DNA of 64,000 nucleotides from Gammaproteobacteria bacterium (GTDB lineage: Bacteria > Pseudomonadota > Gammaproteobacteria > Tethybacterales > Persebacteraceae). Both the position numbers and the translations under genes were made by a program. Position 1 is the stretch's first letter, and every line of letters begins with the position of its first letter. The notes beneath the pieces are model-generated. The model had not been told where the DNA came from. It did no database searches and saw only the letters and a program-made list of their open reading frames with translations. The stretch covers positions 329,947-393,946 of the forward strand of contig OZ244916.1 in NCBI GenBank assembly GCA_965221835.1. The letters are read 5' to 3'. Below, in pieces: positions 48,539 through 57,613 of the stretch.

Positions 48539-48639
48539 TATATTCCGAAAATTTTTTTCGGCGGTTTTGCTTTTTTAAGATATTCCGAAAATTTTTTTTT
48601 CGGCGATTTTGTTTTTTTAAGATATTCCGAAATCCCCGC

Positions 48640-48830
48640 CGTCATTTTCGCGAAAGCGGGAATTTATTCGGGGAAATTAATTTTGGAATTTTCGCGCATT
48701 TTTTTGTGAAAAACGGCGTGAACGCGGGGATTTGTCGGTGAAAATGGATTCCCGCGTTCGCGGGAATGACGGGGTTTTTCGCGGAATTGCCACAAAAAAC
48801 GGCGGGGATTCGGAATCCCGCCGGTTTTTA
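48640..48830. repeat. NIME/dRS3 repeat block downstream of the giant gene, ending in a bidirectional terminator hairpin
   Basis: dRS3 attcccgcgttcgcgggaat (~48750) and the RS unit shared with 1170-1260 and 17120-17200. The hairpin aaaaacggcggggattcggaatcccgccggtttttatttg at 48797-48832 has T-runs on both strands. Confidence 0.55.
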
Positions 48831-49265
48831 TTTGTCTTTGGCGCAATCGCTCGCTTTTAGCAAACAATATTTTCCGCATTTTTTACGGGCAACGAGTTCG
48901 GCTTTTTCTTTCGTGCCTCCTCTTGCCAAAGAATAGCGGAATTTTTTCTCTTCATTATGAATGTACAGTGCGAAACATTTTGCGCCTCCGGCGGAAAGAC
49001 GACGGCAGGGTTTAAGCCCCCGATTCTGTTTTGCGCGATTCTGTTCGCAAAATCCCCGTGCGGCAGCGTTCGCCTCATTAATATTCTCACGGCGTGCCCA
49101 ACCGAATGCATATCCGCCGTGTTTGCCGGGTTTTGCCAACCACACGGCGGCGATGTCTTCTTGGGTATGCTGTATAAATTTATGCACATAACCTTTCGCA
49201 CTTGCAGACGGCGAAACCGCCAACAAAATCGCAAACAGCGAAATAATAAATGTTCGTTTTTTCAT
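48828..49265 (-). CDS. Small secreted Cys-containing protein (DUF4189-like), 145 aa
   Basis: Strong SD (aaggag) and signal peptide MKKRTFIISLFAILLAVSPSASA-KG. ...GGYAFGWARREN...AAARGFC... resembles DUF4189 periplasmic proteins (family assignment from memory only). Confidence 0.45.
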   Translation of the reverse strand: MKKRTFIISLFAILLAVSPSASAKGYVHKFIQHTQEDIAAVWLAKPGKHGGYAFGWARRENINEANAAARGFCEQNRAKQNRGLKPCRRLSAGGAKCFALYIHNEEKKFRYSLARGGTKEKAELVARKKCGKYCLLKASDCAKDK

Positions 49266-49507
49266 TCTGTTCTCCTTTTTTATGGATATTAAAAGCGGAA
49301 ATGAATTCCGCACGGAAAAGATTATACAAAAAAACGGCGGGGAATCTAATCTTTTGTTTTAAGATATTCCACCGATTTCGTTTCTGGCGGTTTTGGAATT
49401 CGTGGTTTGTTTGTATTTTCCGAAAATGGAGTTGTGGCGGGCGGGGAATGATTTTTCTGGCGCGGATTTTCATCATAAAAGGGGGCGTGTCTGCTACAAT
49501 TGCGGGC

Positions 49508-50749
49508 ATGCCGTTCGCGCTGATTAAGTATGCGTTTCGCCGCCGTCCGTTGCCGCGTTTTTTGCCGCCTTCGCCGCCGCGCAAAAAAAATTACGATGTC
49601 GTCATTATCGGCGGCGGCGGACACGGGCTGGCATGCGCATATTATCTTGCCGCCCGCCATGGCATTCGCAATGTTGCGGTGTTTGAACGCGGCTGGCTCG
49701 GCGGCGGCAATACCGCGCGCAATACCGCCATTATTCGGGCGAATTATCTGACCGCCGAGGCGATTCGTTTTTACGGCGAATCGGCGCGAATGTTCGCCGG
49801 TTTGTCGCGCGAGTTGGACTATAATATTTTGTATTCTCCGCGCGGACATTTGACATTGGCGCACACCGATGCCGCTTGTCGTACCGCCCGTTGGCGCGCA
49901 AATATGAACCGGCATTCGGGCGAAGAATCGCATTTTATCGGCGCGGACGAAGTCGCCAAAATATGCCCCGAAATTAATCTTTCCGCATCGGCGCGTTATC
50001 CGGTTTTGGGGGCGTTGTATCATCCGCCGGGGGCTATCGCCCGTCACGATGCGGTCGCATGGGGATATGCGGCGCGTGCTGCCGAGTTGGGAGTCGCGAT
50101 TTTTCCGCACACCGAAGTGACCGGCATTATGCGCGAAAACGGCGAAGTGCGCGGCGTTTGTCTGGCGGACGGCGAAGAGATTTTTGCGGGGGCGGTGATG
50201 CAAGCGACAGCGGGTGCAAGTTCGGCGGTTGCGGCGCTTGCCGGATTTAAATTGCCGCTGATAAGTATTCCGTTGCAGGCGATGGTGTCGCAACCGCTGG
50301 CGCCGTTTTTGGACCCGATTATCGTTTCCGGTTCTTTGCATGTCTATATTTCGCAATCATCGCGCGGCGAATTGGTGATGGGCGGCAGTGTGGATCCGCG
50401 TCCGTTGCATTCGCCGCGTTCCACGGCGCGATTTAAAGAATCGCTCGCTGGCGACATCGTGCAGTTGTTTCCGTTTCTCGGCGAGGTGCGCGTTTTGCGG
50501 CAGTGGGCGGGAATTGCAGACATGACTCCCGATTTTTCGCCGCTGATGGGCGAGACGCCGCTGAAAAACTATTACATAGATGCCGGCTGGGGGACATGGG
50601 GATTTAAGGCGACGCCGGTGTGCGGAAAAACGATGGCGGAAACCATTGCCGCCGGACGCGCACCGCCGATTATCGCGCCGTATTCGTTGTCGCGATTTGA
50701 CGATTTGAATCTGGTCGGCGAAAAAGGCGCGGCGGCGGTCGGGCATTGA
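49508..50749 (+). CDS. soxB: Heterotetrameric sarcosine oxidase beta-subunit homolog (FAD-dependent oxidoreductase)
   Basis: YDVVIIGGGGHGLACAYYLA dinucleotide fold, ...GGGNTARNTAIIR... typical of SoxB. First gene of a B-D-A-G order. Confidence 0.8.
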   Translation: MPFALIKYAFRRRPLPRFLPPSPPRKKNYDVVIIGGGGHGLACAYYLAARHGIRNVAVFERGWLGGGNTARNTAIIRANYLTAEAIRFYGESARMFAGLSRELDYNILYSPRGHLTLAHTDAACRTARWRANMNRHSGEESHFIGADEVAKICPEINLSASARYPVLGALYHPPGAIARHDAVAWGYAARAAELGVAIFPHTEVTGIMRENGEVRGVCLADGEEIFAGAVMQATAGASSAVAALAGFKLPLISIPLQAMVSQPLAPFLDPIIVSGSLHVYISQSSRGELVMGGSVDPRPLHSPRSTARFKESLAGDIVQLFPFLGEVRVLRQWAGIADMTPDFSPLMGETPLKNYYIDAGWGTWGFKATPVCGKTMAETIAAGRAPPIIAPYSLSRFDDLNLVGEKGAAAVGH

Positions 50750-50750
50750 A

Positions 50751-51053
50751 ATGAAGTTGATTCCCTGTCCGCTGAACGGTCTGCGTCCCGAAGACGAGTT
50801 TGTTTGCGGCGGTCGCATTCGCGCCGTGCCGCCGCCGGATGCGCCCGATTCGGCGTGGCGCGATTATCTTTTTTTTGACGACAATCTGCCCGGCGAAATG
50901 TGGGAATGGTGGTGTCATTTGCCGAGCAGTTTTTGGTTCGCCGCCCGCCGCGACACCGTGCGCGATGAAATTTTGGAAACGCGCGAAGTTGCCGAAATCT
51001 CCGAAATCTCCGAAATTGCCGAAATCTCCAAAATCGCGGAGGCGAAAAAATGA
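50751..51053 (+). CDS. soxD: Sarcosine oxidase delta-subunit homolog with a C-terminal (EIS/EIA)n repeat
   Basis: MKLIPCPLNGLRPEDEFVCGG...WWCHLPSS.W is SoxD-like. The tail EISEISEIAEISKIAE is encoded by 9-bp tandem repeats (gaaatctcc x~5). Confidence 0.75.
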   Translation: MKLIPCPLNGLRPEDEFVCGGRIRAVPPPDAPDSAWRDYLFFDDNLPGEMWEWWCHLPSSFWFAARRDTVRDEILETREVAEISEISEIAEISKIAEAKK

Positions 51054-53749
51054 CGCCGGGAAAATTTATCGCGTCGTCAAAGCGGCTGTCGTTCAATTTT
51101 GACGGGCGGCGGATTGAATGTTTTGCCGGCGATTCGGTTTCGTCGGCGTTGTGGCGTGCGGGCGTCAAAACAATTTCGCGTTCTTTTAAGTACCATCGGC
51201 GGCGCGGCATATTGTCGCTGTCGGGGGCGGATGCGAACGCGCTGGCGGATATTGATGGCGCGCCGAATGCATGTATGGATCGCGCGGCGGCGGCGGAGGG
51301 AATGACGGTGCGCGCCCGTCATTGCATCGGCGGGGCGGCGCGTGACCGGCTGGCGATGATGCGGTGGCTGTCGCCGTTTTTGCCGCCGGGATTTTATTAC
51401 AAGGCGTTTTACAAACCGCACGGCGTTTGGCCGCTGTGGGAAAAACTCATTCGCCGTCTCGCCGGAATGGGCGAAGTCAATCCGGCGGCGACATTTTCCC
51501 CGCCGGAGCGGATATACGATTTTTGCGATGTCGCGGTTATCGGCGGCGGTGCGGCGGGCATTGCCGCGGCGCGTGCGGCGGCGAAAGGCGGCGCATCCGT
51601 TTGTTTGATAGACCGCAATCTTGCATTGGGCGGCGCGTTGAATTGGCGCGGCGGCGGTGCGGAAGATTTCGCGTTGCCCGACAAAGTGCGCGTGATGACA
51701 TCGTGCGAGGCGACCGGCGTATTTCCCGACCGGACAATTCTGGCGCATTCGCCGGGGCGTTCTTTTCGTTTGCGCGCGGACAATATTTTGTATGCGACCG
51801 GCGCGCGCGATACGCCGGTTGTGTTCGGCAACAACGATTTACCCGGCGTAATGCTGGTCTCGGCGGCGTTGCGTCTCGCGTTTTTGTACGATGTCGCTTG
51901 CGGACGGCGTGCCGCGATAGTTGCCGGTACTGCGGCGGATGCGAATGCCGCGCGCGCATTGCAAAACTACGGCGTGCAAATCGCGGCGGTTTTCAATATC
52001 GGCGATGGCGATGCGGAATGGGCGGCGGCATTGGCGGCGGACGGATTCGCCGTCTACCGCGATATTTCGGCTTTTTCTGCAACCGGACGCGAATGCGTTG
52101 CGGGCGCGAACGCCGTTGCCGAAGGACGGAATATAAAAATCAGTTGCGATTGCATTCTGATGAACGGCGGCGCGATTCCATGCGCGGAGTTACCGGCGGC
52201 GGCGGGAGTTGCGTTTCATTACGATTCGCTTTTGCGCCGACCGGTTTCCGCAGACAAATCGCTGGCGGGCGGGGTTTGCAATCGCGCGCAGTTTGCCGCC
52301 GAAGACGGTGCGGCGGCGGGCGGCGGCGGTGCGCGACCGGCGGCGGATTCCGAAGCGGCACCCGCCGACATATTTTTATCCGGCAACGGAATGGCGTTCG
52401 TGGATATGGAAGAGGATTTGCAATTAAAAGATTTGGACGATGCGATGGACGAAGGATTTGACGACATTCAACTTCTCAAAAGATACACGACCGCCGGAAT
52501 GGGACCGGCGCAAGGCAAACTCGGCAATGTCGCGGTATTGCGCTATCTCGCCGACAAATCGGGGCGGGATGCGGCGACACTCGGACAAGTCACCGCCCGC
52601 CCGCCGGCGGCAGCGGAAACATTGGCGCAACTCGCCGATCATCCGCATCCGATAAAACGCACGCCGTTGCATTACGAACATTTGCATTTATCGGCGGCGT
52701 TTATGCCCGCCGGGGCGTGGTTGCGTCCGGCACGCTACGGCAATGTGGAAGAAGAAGCGCGGGCGGTGCGCGAAAATGCGGGCGTTATTGACATTTCCAC
52801 ACTCGGCAAAATTCAAATTTCCGGTCCCGATGCGGCGGCGTTTTTGGAACGAATGTATGCGGGCAAATTCGCGCAACAAAAACCCGGCACGGTGCGTTAT
52901 GCGTTGATGCTGGACGAAAGCGGCGTTATCGCCGATGACGGAGTCGTCGCCCGTTTGGACGAGGCGCGTTTTTGGGCAACAACGACAACGGGCAATGCAG
53001 ACGCGATTTATCGGCAGATGTTGCTGTGGCGCGCGCGCTGGAATTTGCGGGCGGATATTTTGCAAATGACTTCGGCGTTTGCGGCGATGAATGTTGCAGG
53101 CCCGAACGCGCCGCGATTGCTCGCCGCAGTTGCCGGTCGCGACATTGATTTGGGCTATATGCGGGCGGCGGAAATATCGCTCGGCGGCGGCACGGTCATT
53201 TTGATGCGGGTCGGATTTGTCGGCGAAAAAGGATATGAAATTCATCTTCCGGCGGGGCGCGCGGTCGCGCTGTGGAAAGCGTTTTTGCGGGACGCGATTC
53301 CTTTCGGCGTGGAAGCGCAACGGCTGTTGCGTTTGGAAAAAGGGCATATTATTGTCGGACAAGACACGGACGGTTTAACGACGCCGTTAGAATCGGGAAT
53401 GGAATCGCTACTCGGGCGCGACAAAGCGTTTTATCTCGGACAACGCGCTTTGACAATTCACCGGCGGCGCGGCATTCGGCGGGTATTGCGCGGTTTTACG
53501 ATGAACGCGCGCCGCCGAAAAATTACCGAATCCGATTTGGTGCTGGACAAAACCGGTGCGGCGGCGGGGCATGTCACTTCGGTCGCCTATTCGCCGGCAT
53601 TGCGGCGCGTTGTCGGTTTGGCGTTTGCGCCCGCTGACACGCCGCCGCGCGGGGGGATTTTGCGTTTGCGTACCGCCGCCGGAGAAGTCATGGAAGTACG
53701 CACTTCGCCGCCGCCGTTTTATGACCCGGAAGGAGAACGACAAAAATGA
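51050..53749 (+). CDS. soxA: Sarcosine oxidase alpha-subunit homolog (NAD/FAD-binding plus GcvT-like folate-binding domain)
   Basis: The N-terminal SoxA segment (…RIECFAGDSVSSALWRAGV…HRRRGIL) is followed by DVAVIGGGAAGIAAARAAAKGGASVCLIDRN and then a C-terminal aminomethyltransferase-like region (GKIQISGPDAAAFLERMYAGKF). The ATGA overlaps the soxD stop. Confidence 0.85.
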   Translation: MTPGKFIASSKRLSFNFDGRRIECFAGDSVSSALWRAGVKTISRSFKYHRRRGILSLSGADANALADIDGAPNACMDRAAAAEGMTVRARHCIGGAARDRLAMMRWLSPFLPPGFYYKAFYKPHGVWPLWEKLIRRLAGMGEVNPAATFSPPERIYDFCDVAVIGGGAAGIAAARAAAKGGASVCLIDRNLALGGALNWRGGGAEDFALPDKVRVMTSCEATGVFPDRTILAHSPGRSFRLRADNILYATGARDTPVVFGNNDLPGVMLVSAALRLAFLYDVACGRRAAIVAGTAADANAARALQNYGVQIAAVFNIGDGDAEWAAALAADGFAVYRDISAFSATGRECVAGANAVAEGRNIKISCDCILMNGGAIPCAELPAAAGVAFHYDSLLRRPVSADKSLAGGVCNRAQFAAEDGAAAGGGGARPAADSEAAPADIFLSGNGMAFVDMEEDLQLKDLDDAMDEGFDDIQLLKRYTTAGMGPAQGKLGNVAVLRYLADKSGRDAATLGQVTARPPAAAETLAQLADHPHPIKRTPLHYEHLHLSAAFMPAGAWLRPARYGNVEEEARAVRENAGVIDISTLGKIQISGPDAAAFLERMYAGKFAQQKPGTVRYALMLDESGVIADDGVVARLDEARFWATTTTGNADAIYRQMLLWRARWNLRADILQMTSAFAAMNVAGPNAPRLLAAVAGRDIDLGYMRAAEISLGGGTVILMRVGFVGEKGYEIHLPAGRAVALWKAFLRDAIPFGVEAQRLLRLEKGHIIVGQDTDGLTTPLESGMESLLGRDKAFYLGQRALTIHRRRGIRRVLRGFTMNARRRKITESDLVLDKTGAAAGHVTSVAYSPALRRVVGLAFAPADTPPRGGILRLRTAAGEVMEVRTSPPPFYDPEGERQK

Positions 53750-54387
53750 GCGGCAACGAAAATTTGTCGTACTGGCGCGGACCGCTGGAATCGGCGTTCG
53801 CGAACGGCGCGGACGGCGCGGAATGGGCGGATTGCGGCGATTCCCGCATTGTCGAATCGTGCGCATCCGATTCCGGTTCTTTTTCAACAGGCGTTTGCGA
53901 TTTGTCGCCGCTGCCGCGAACGGGTGCGAAAGGCGAATGCACCGCCGCCGCACCGCCGCCGAACACTTCCGCGGCATTTGCGGACGGTTCGCTTTGTTGC
54001 CGTCTCGGTGCGGACGAAATTTTAATTTTGGCATCACCCGATGGTGCGCATGCGAACATTTCCGAATCGGTGATGCCGTCGCCGCGTCTGATTATTCCGC
54101 GCCGCGATTCGCATTGTCAAATCGGTTTGTACGGTGCGGCGGCGAAATCGGCGTTGGCGCGATTGTGCGCGGTGCCGCCGCCGTGCAAAAACGAATTGCT
54201 GCAAACGCGCGTTGCCGATGTGTCGGCGATTGTCGTTTGCGAACCGCGCGCGGCGGGTGCGTTTTATATTCTGACCGATTGCGGTTATGCGATGCATTTG
54301 TGGGAGGCGGTTGTCGCCGCCGTCAAATCGGCGGGCGGCGGAGTCGCCGGATGGAAACAATGGCGGACATTGTTCGCCGAAAAATGA
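53746..54387 (+). CDS. soxG: Sarcosine oxidase gamma-subunit homolog
   Basis: Size (~213 aa), position and overlap with the soxA stop. Weak SoxG-like composition. Confidence 0.6.
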   Translation: MSGNENLSYWRGPLESAFANGADGAEWADCGDSRIVESCASDSGSFSTGVCDLSPLPRTGAKGECTAAAPPPNTSAAFADGSLCCRLGADEILILASPDGAHANISESVMPSPRLIIPRRDSHCQIGLYGAAAKSALARLCAVPPPCKNELLQTRVADVSAIVVCEPRAAGAFYILTDCGYAMHLWEAVVAAVKSAGGGVAGWKQWRTLFAEK

Positions 54388-55271
54388 AAACGACTCTCGC
54401 CGTTTTGCAAATCGCATGCGAGGCGGAACCGTCCGCGAATATCGCTAAAATCGGCGGGATGACGCGGGCGGCGGCGCGCAACGGCGCACAAATTATTCTG
54501 CCGCCCGAATTGTTTGAACGCCCGTATTTTTGCAAGACGCAACGCGCCGAGTTTTACGATTTCGCTGCCGCACCCGAAGAAAATATGGCGGTGCGGGCGA
54601 TGCAAAAACTATCTGCGGAATTAAATTTAATCATTCCCGTCAGTTTTTACGAACGCGCGGGCAACGCATTATTCAATTCGCTCGCGTTGTTGGCGGACGG
54701 CGAAGTAGCGGGCGTATATCGCAAATCGCACATTCCGGACGGACCGGGTTATCAAGAAAAGTTTTATTTTTCGCCGGGCGATACCGGATTTTTTGCCGCA
54801 CCGACTTCGCGCGGAAAAATCGGCGCAGCGATTTGTTGGGATCAATGGTTTCCAGAAGCCGCGCGGATTATGGCGTTGGGCGGCGCGGATGTTTTGCTGT
54901 ATCCGACAGCGATAGGAGACGAACCGCATCTTACCGCGAAAGGTGCAACCGCAAATTCGTTCGCGCATTGGCAAAATGTCATGCGCGGACACGCCGCCGC
55001 GAATGTCGTATCGGTTGCCGCCGCAAATCGCATCGGCGAAGAGGAACAAAAAGACGCTTTTGGCAATATCGTGCGGACGAATTTTTACGGCGGTTCGTTT
55101 GTCGCCGATGCGTGCGGCGAAGTTGTCGCGCAAGCATCGCACGATGGCGAAGAAACGATTGCCGCCGAAATGGATTTTGCGCGGGATGCGGAAATGCGCG
55201 CGACATGGGGATTGTTCCGCGACCGCCGCCCCGATTTATACCGCGCGTTAACGACATTGTCGGGAAAGTAG
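54384..55271 (+). CDS. aguB: N-carbamoylputrescine amidase homolog (nitrilase-superfamily C-N hydrolase)
   Basis: Near-colinear with Pseudomonas AguB: ...AQIILPPELFERPYFC..., LIIPVSFYERAGNALFNS, YRKSHIPDGPGYQEKFYFSPGDTGF, KIGAAICWDQWFPE, LLYPTAIGDEPH. Its ATG overlaps the soxG TGA (ATGA). Confidence 0.85.
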   Translation: MKTTLAVLQIACEAEPSANIAKIGGMTRAAARNGAQIILPPELFERPYFCKTQRAEFYDFAAAPEENMAVRAMQKLSAELNLIIPVSFYERAGNALFNSLALLADGEVAGVYRKSHIPDGPGYQEKFYFSPGDTGFFAAPTSRGKIGAAICWDQWFPEAARIMALGGADVLLYPTAIGDEPHLTAKGATANSFAHWQNVMRGHAAANVVSVAAANRIGEEEQKDAFGNIVRTNFYGGSFVADACGEVVAQASHDGEETIAAEMDFARDAEMRATWGLFRDRRPDLYRALTTLSGK

Positions 55272-55284
55272 ACGCGGCAAGTTT

Positions 55285-55975
55285 TTAATCGGAATTCGGA
55301 AAATTCCGATTTTCATCTGAATTTAGAAAATTACGATTTTCACCGTAATTCGGAAAACTCCGATTTTCACCAGAATGCCATTTTATGAACATCGCCGCCC
55401 GCCGCCGTTTCCATCCTCGCAAAACGCGGAAATTAAATAGGCGCGTTTTTCATCATAATTTGGAAAATTCCGATTTTTATCTGAATTTAGAAAATTACAA
55501 TTTTTATCGCAATTCGGAAAACTCCGATTTTCATCTGAATTTAGAAAATTACGATTTTCACCGTAATTCGTAAAATTCCGATTTTCACCAGAACGCTATT
55601 TTATAAACACCGCCCGCCGCCGCCGTTTCCATCCTCGCAAACGCGGAAATTAAATAGGCGCGTTTTTCATCGGAATTCGGAAAATTCCGTTTTTCATCCG
55701 AATTCGGAAAATTAAGATTTTTATCAGAACGCTATTTTATGAACTCCGCCCGCCGCCCGTTTCCATCTTTGCGAACGCGGAAATGAAATAGGCGCGTTTT
55801 TTATCATAATTCAGAAAATTCCGTTTTTCATCATAATTCGGAAAATTCAAATTTTCACCGGAATTCGGAAAACTCCGATTTTTATCAGAACGCTATTTAT
55901 GAACGCCGCCCGTTTCCATCTTCGCAAAACGCGGAAATGGAAAAGATGATTTTTTTTATAAAACAGTGATTCGGT
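55285..55975. repeat. Complex intergenic tandem repeat array: about 14 copies of a 26-28-bp hairpin-capable unit (AATTCGGAAAAyTCCGATTTTCAyC) interleaved with 4 copies of a ~80-bp unit
   Basis: gaattcggaaaattccgattttcatc, tgaatttagaaaattacgattttcacc and gtaattcggaaaactccgattttcacc alternate with ...gccattttatgaacatcgccgcccgccgccgtttccatcctcgcaaaacgcggaaattaaataggcgcgtttttcat. Each cggaa-aa-ttccg core can form a 5-bp stem. Confidence 0.7.
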
Positions 55976-56020
55976 TTTGCGCGGGTGTTCTTTTTTGCGG
56001 TTGCGTATTATAATTTGCGA

Positions 56021-57382
56021 ATGACTAAAACGACAAACGAAACTGCTGAATATCAATGTTTGGATGCGGCGCATTATATGCATCCTTTTACGGACGGGCG
56101 CGCGTTGGGGGCGGGGGCGCGCATTATCGTGCGCGGCGAAGGCGCATATTTGTGGGACAGCGATGGCGGCAAACTGCTGGACGGAATGTCCGGTTTGTGG
56201 TGCGTCAATATGGGTTATGGGCGCGAGGAAATTGTCGCCGCGGTTGCCGCACAAATGCGCGAGTTGCCTTATTACAACAGTTTTTTTCAGTGCGCGACTC
56301 CGCCCGCGATTGAGTTGGCGAAAGAGTTGGCGGACATTGCACCGCCGGGATTCAATCATGTCTTTTTTGTCGGTTCCGGTTCCGAGGCGAACGATACTAT
56401 CGTGCGAATGATTCGCCGCTATTGGGCGTTGCGCGGTCGTCCGCAAAAAACGGTTATCGTTTCGCGTCATAACGCTTATCACGGCAGCACGATGGCGGGC
56501 GCGTCTTTGGGCGGAATGGCGGCGATGCACGCGCAAGGCGGATTGCCGATTCCCGGCATTGTGCATACCGCGCAACCTTATTGGTTTGGCGAAGGACGCG
56601 ATTTGTCGCCGGACGAATTCGGACGCCGTGCGGCGAATGCGCTGGCAGAAACAATTGACGAAATCGGCGCGGAAAATGTCGCGGCGTTTATCGGCGAACC
56701 GGTGCAAGGGGCGGGCGGCGTGATTGTGCCGCCCGATTCATATTGGGGAGCGGTGCAGGAAATTTGCGACGAACGCGATGTGCCGATTGTCGCCGACGAA
56801 GTGATTTGCGGTTTCGGGCGTTTGGGGACTTGGTTTGGGTCGGAAGTTTTCGGGATTCGTCCGAAACTGATGCCGATAGCGAAAGGAATGACTTCGGGCT
56901 ATTTGCCGATGGGCGGCGTGTTGGTGCATGACGATATTGCCGACACCATTATTGACGAATGCGGCGAATTCGCACACGGATTTACATACAGCGGTCATCC
57001 GGCTTGTGCGGCGGCGGCGCTTGCAAATTTGCGTCTAATGCACGAAGAAAATATTATACAAAAAACGCGCGAAGTTGCTGCACCGTATTTGCAACAAGAA
57101 TGGGCGCGACTTGCCGATCATCCGATTGTCGGCGAAGCGCGCGGAATCGGAATGGTTGCGGCGCTGGAAATTGTCGCCGATAAAGCAACCGGCGCGCGAT
57201 TTGCGGGACAATCGGCGGGCGCAAAATGCCGCGATTTTTGCGTCGCCGCCGGACTCGTCATGCGCGCAGTCGGCGATACGATGATCGTCGCACCGCCGTT
57301 AGTTATCACCCGCGAACAAACAGACGAACTCATCCAAAAAGCAACTCTCGCATTAGACAAAACCGCCGCCGCATTGCGATAG
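56021..57382 (+). CDS. Class III (omega-amine) pyridoxal-phosphate aminotransferase, SpuC / beta-alanine–pyruvate transaminase-like
   Basis: ...LWCVNMGYGREEI..., ...VFFVGSGSEANDT..., FIGEPVQGAGGVIVPP, DEVICGFGRLG, ...MPIAKGMTSGYLPMGGV... (PLP-lysine region). A tattataat -10 ends 6 nt before the ATG. Confidence 0.8.
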   Translation: MTKTTNETAEYQCLDAAHYMHPFTDGRALGAGARIIVRGEGAYLWDSDGGKLLDGMSGLWCVNMGYGREEIVAAVAAQMRELPYYNSFFQCATPPAIELAKELADIAPPGFNHVFFVGSGSEANDTIVRMIRRYWALRGRPQKTVIVSRHNAYHGSTMAGASLGGMAAMHAQGGLPIPGIVHTAQPYWFGEGRDLSPDEFGRRAANALAETIDEIGAENVAAFIGEPVQGAGGVIVPPDSYWGAVQEICDERDVPIVADEVICGFGRLGTWFGSEVFGIRPKLMPIAKGMTSGYLPMGGVLVHDDIADTIIDECGEFAHGFTYSGHPACAAAALANLRLMHEENIIQKTREVAAPYLQQEWARLADHPIVGEARGIGMVAALEIVADKATGARFAGQSAGAKCRDFCVAAGLVMRAVGDTMIVAPPLVITREQTDELIQKATLALDKTAAALR

Positions 57383-57613
57383 ATTCGCGGCGCGGAATTC
57401 TAACTATGCCATTTCCGTGAAGGCGGGAATATTGTCAATCCGCAGAATCCGCAGAAGCGAGGGGCGACAATAAACTGCGGCACGAGAGAAAACTTCCCGC
57501 ATCAAATGCTCGGATGTGGTTTTTTTGTTGCAGGTTTGTGTGTGCTGATGGGGCGGGGGCGGGATTTGGGGGGATTTTTTTGTGCAGCGCAAAAATATGC
57601 TATACTTTTCGCC

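Noticed and set aside
53556-55271. 571-aa ORF in the track spanning the soxA/soxG region and aguB
   Set aside because: The N-terminal 275 codons are an out-of-frame read-through of GC-rich soxA/soxG sequence with an Arg-rich nonsense composition. Homology to AguB begins exactly at the internal ATG 54384, which overlaps the soxG stop.
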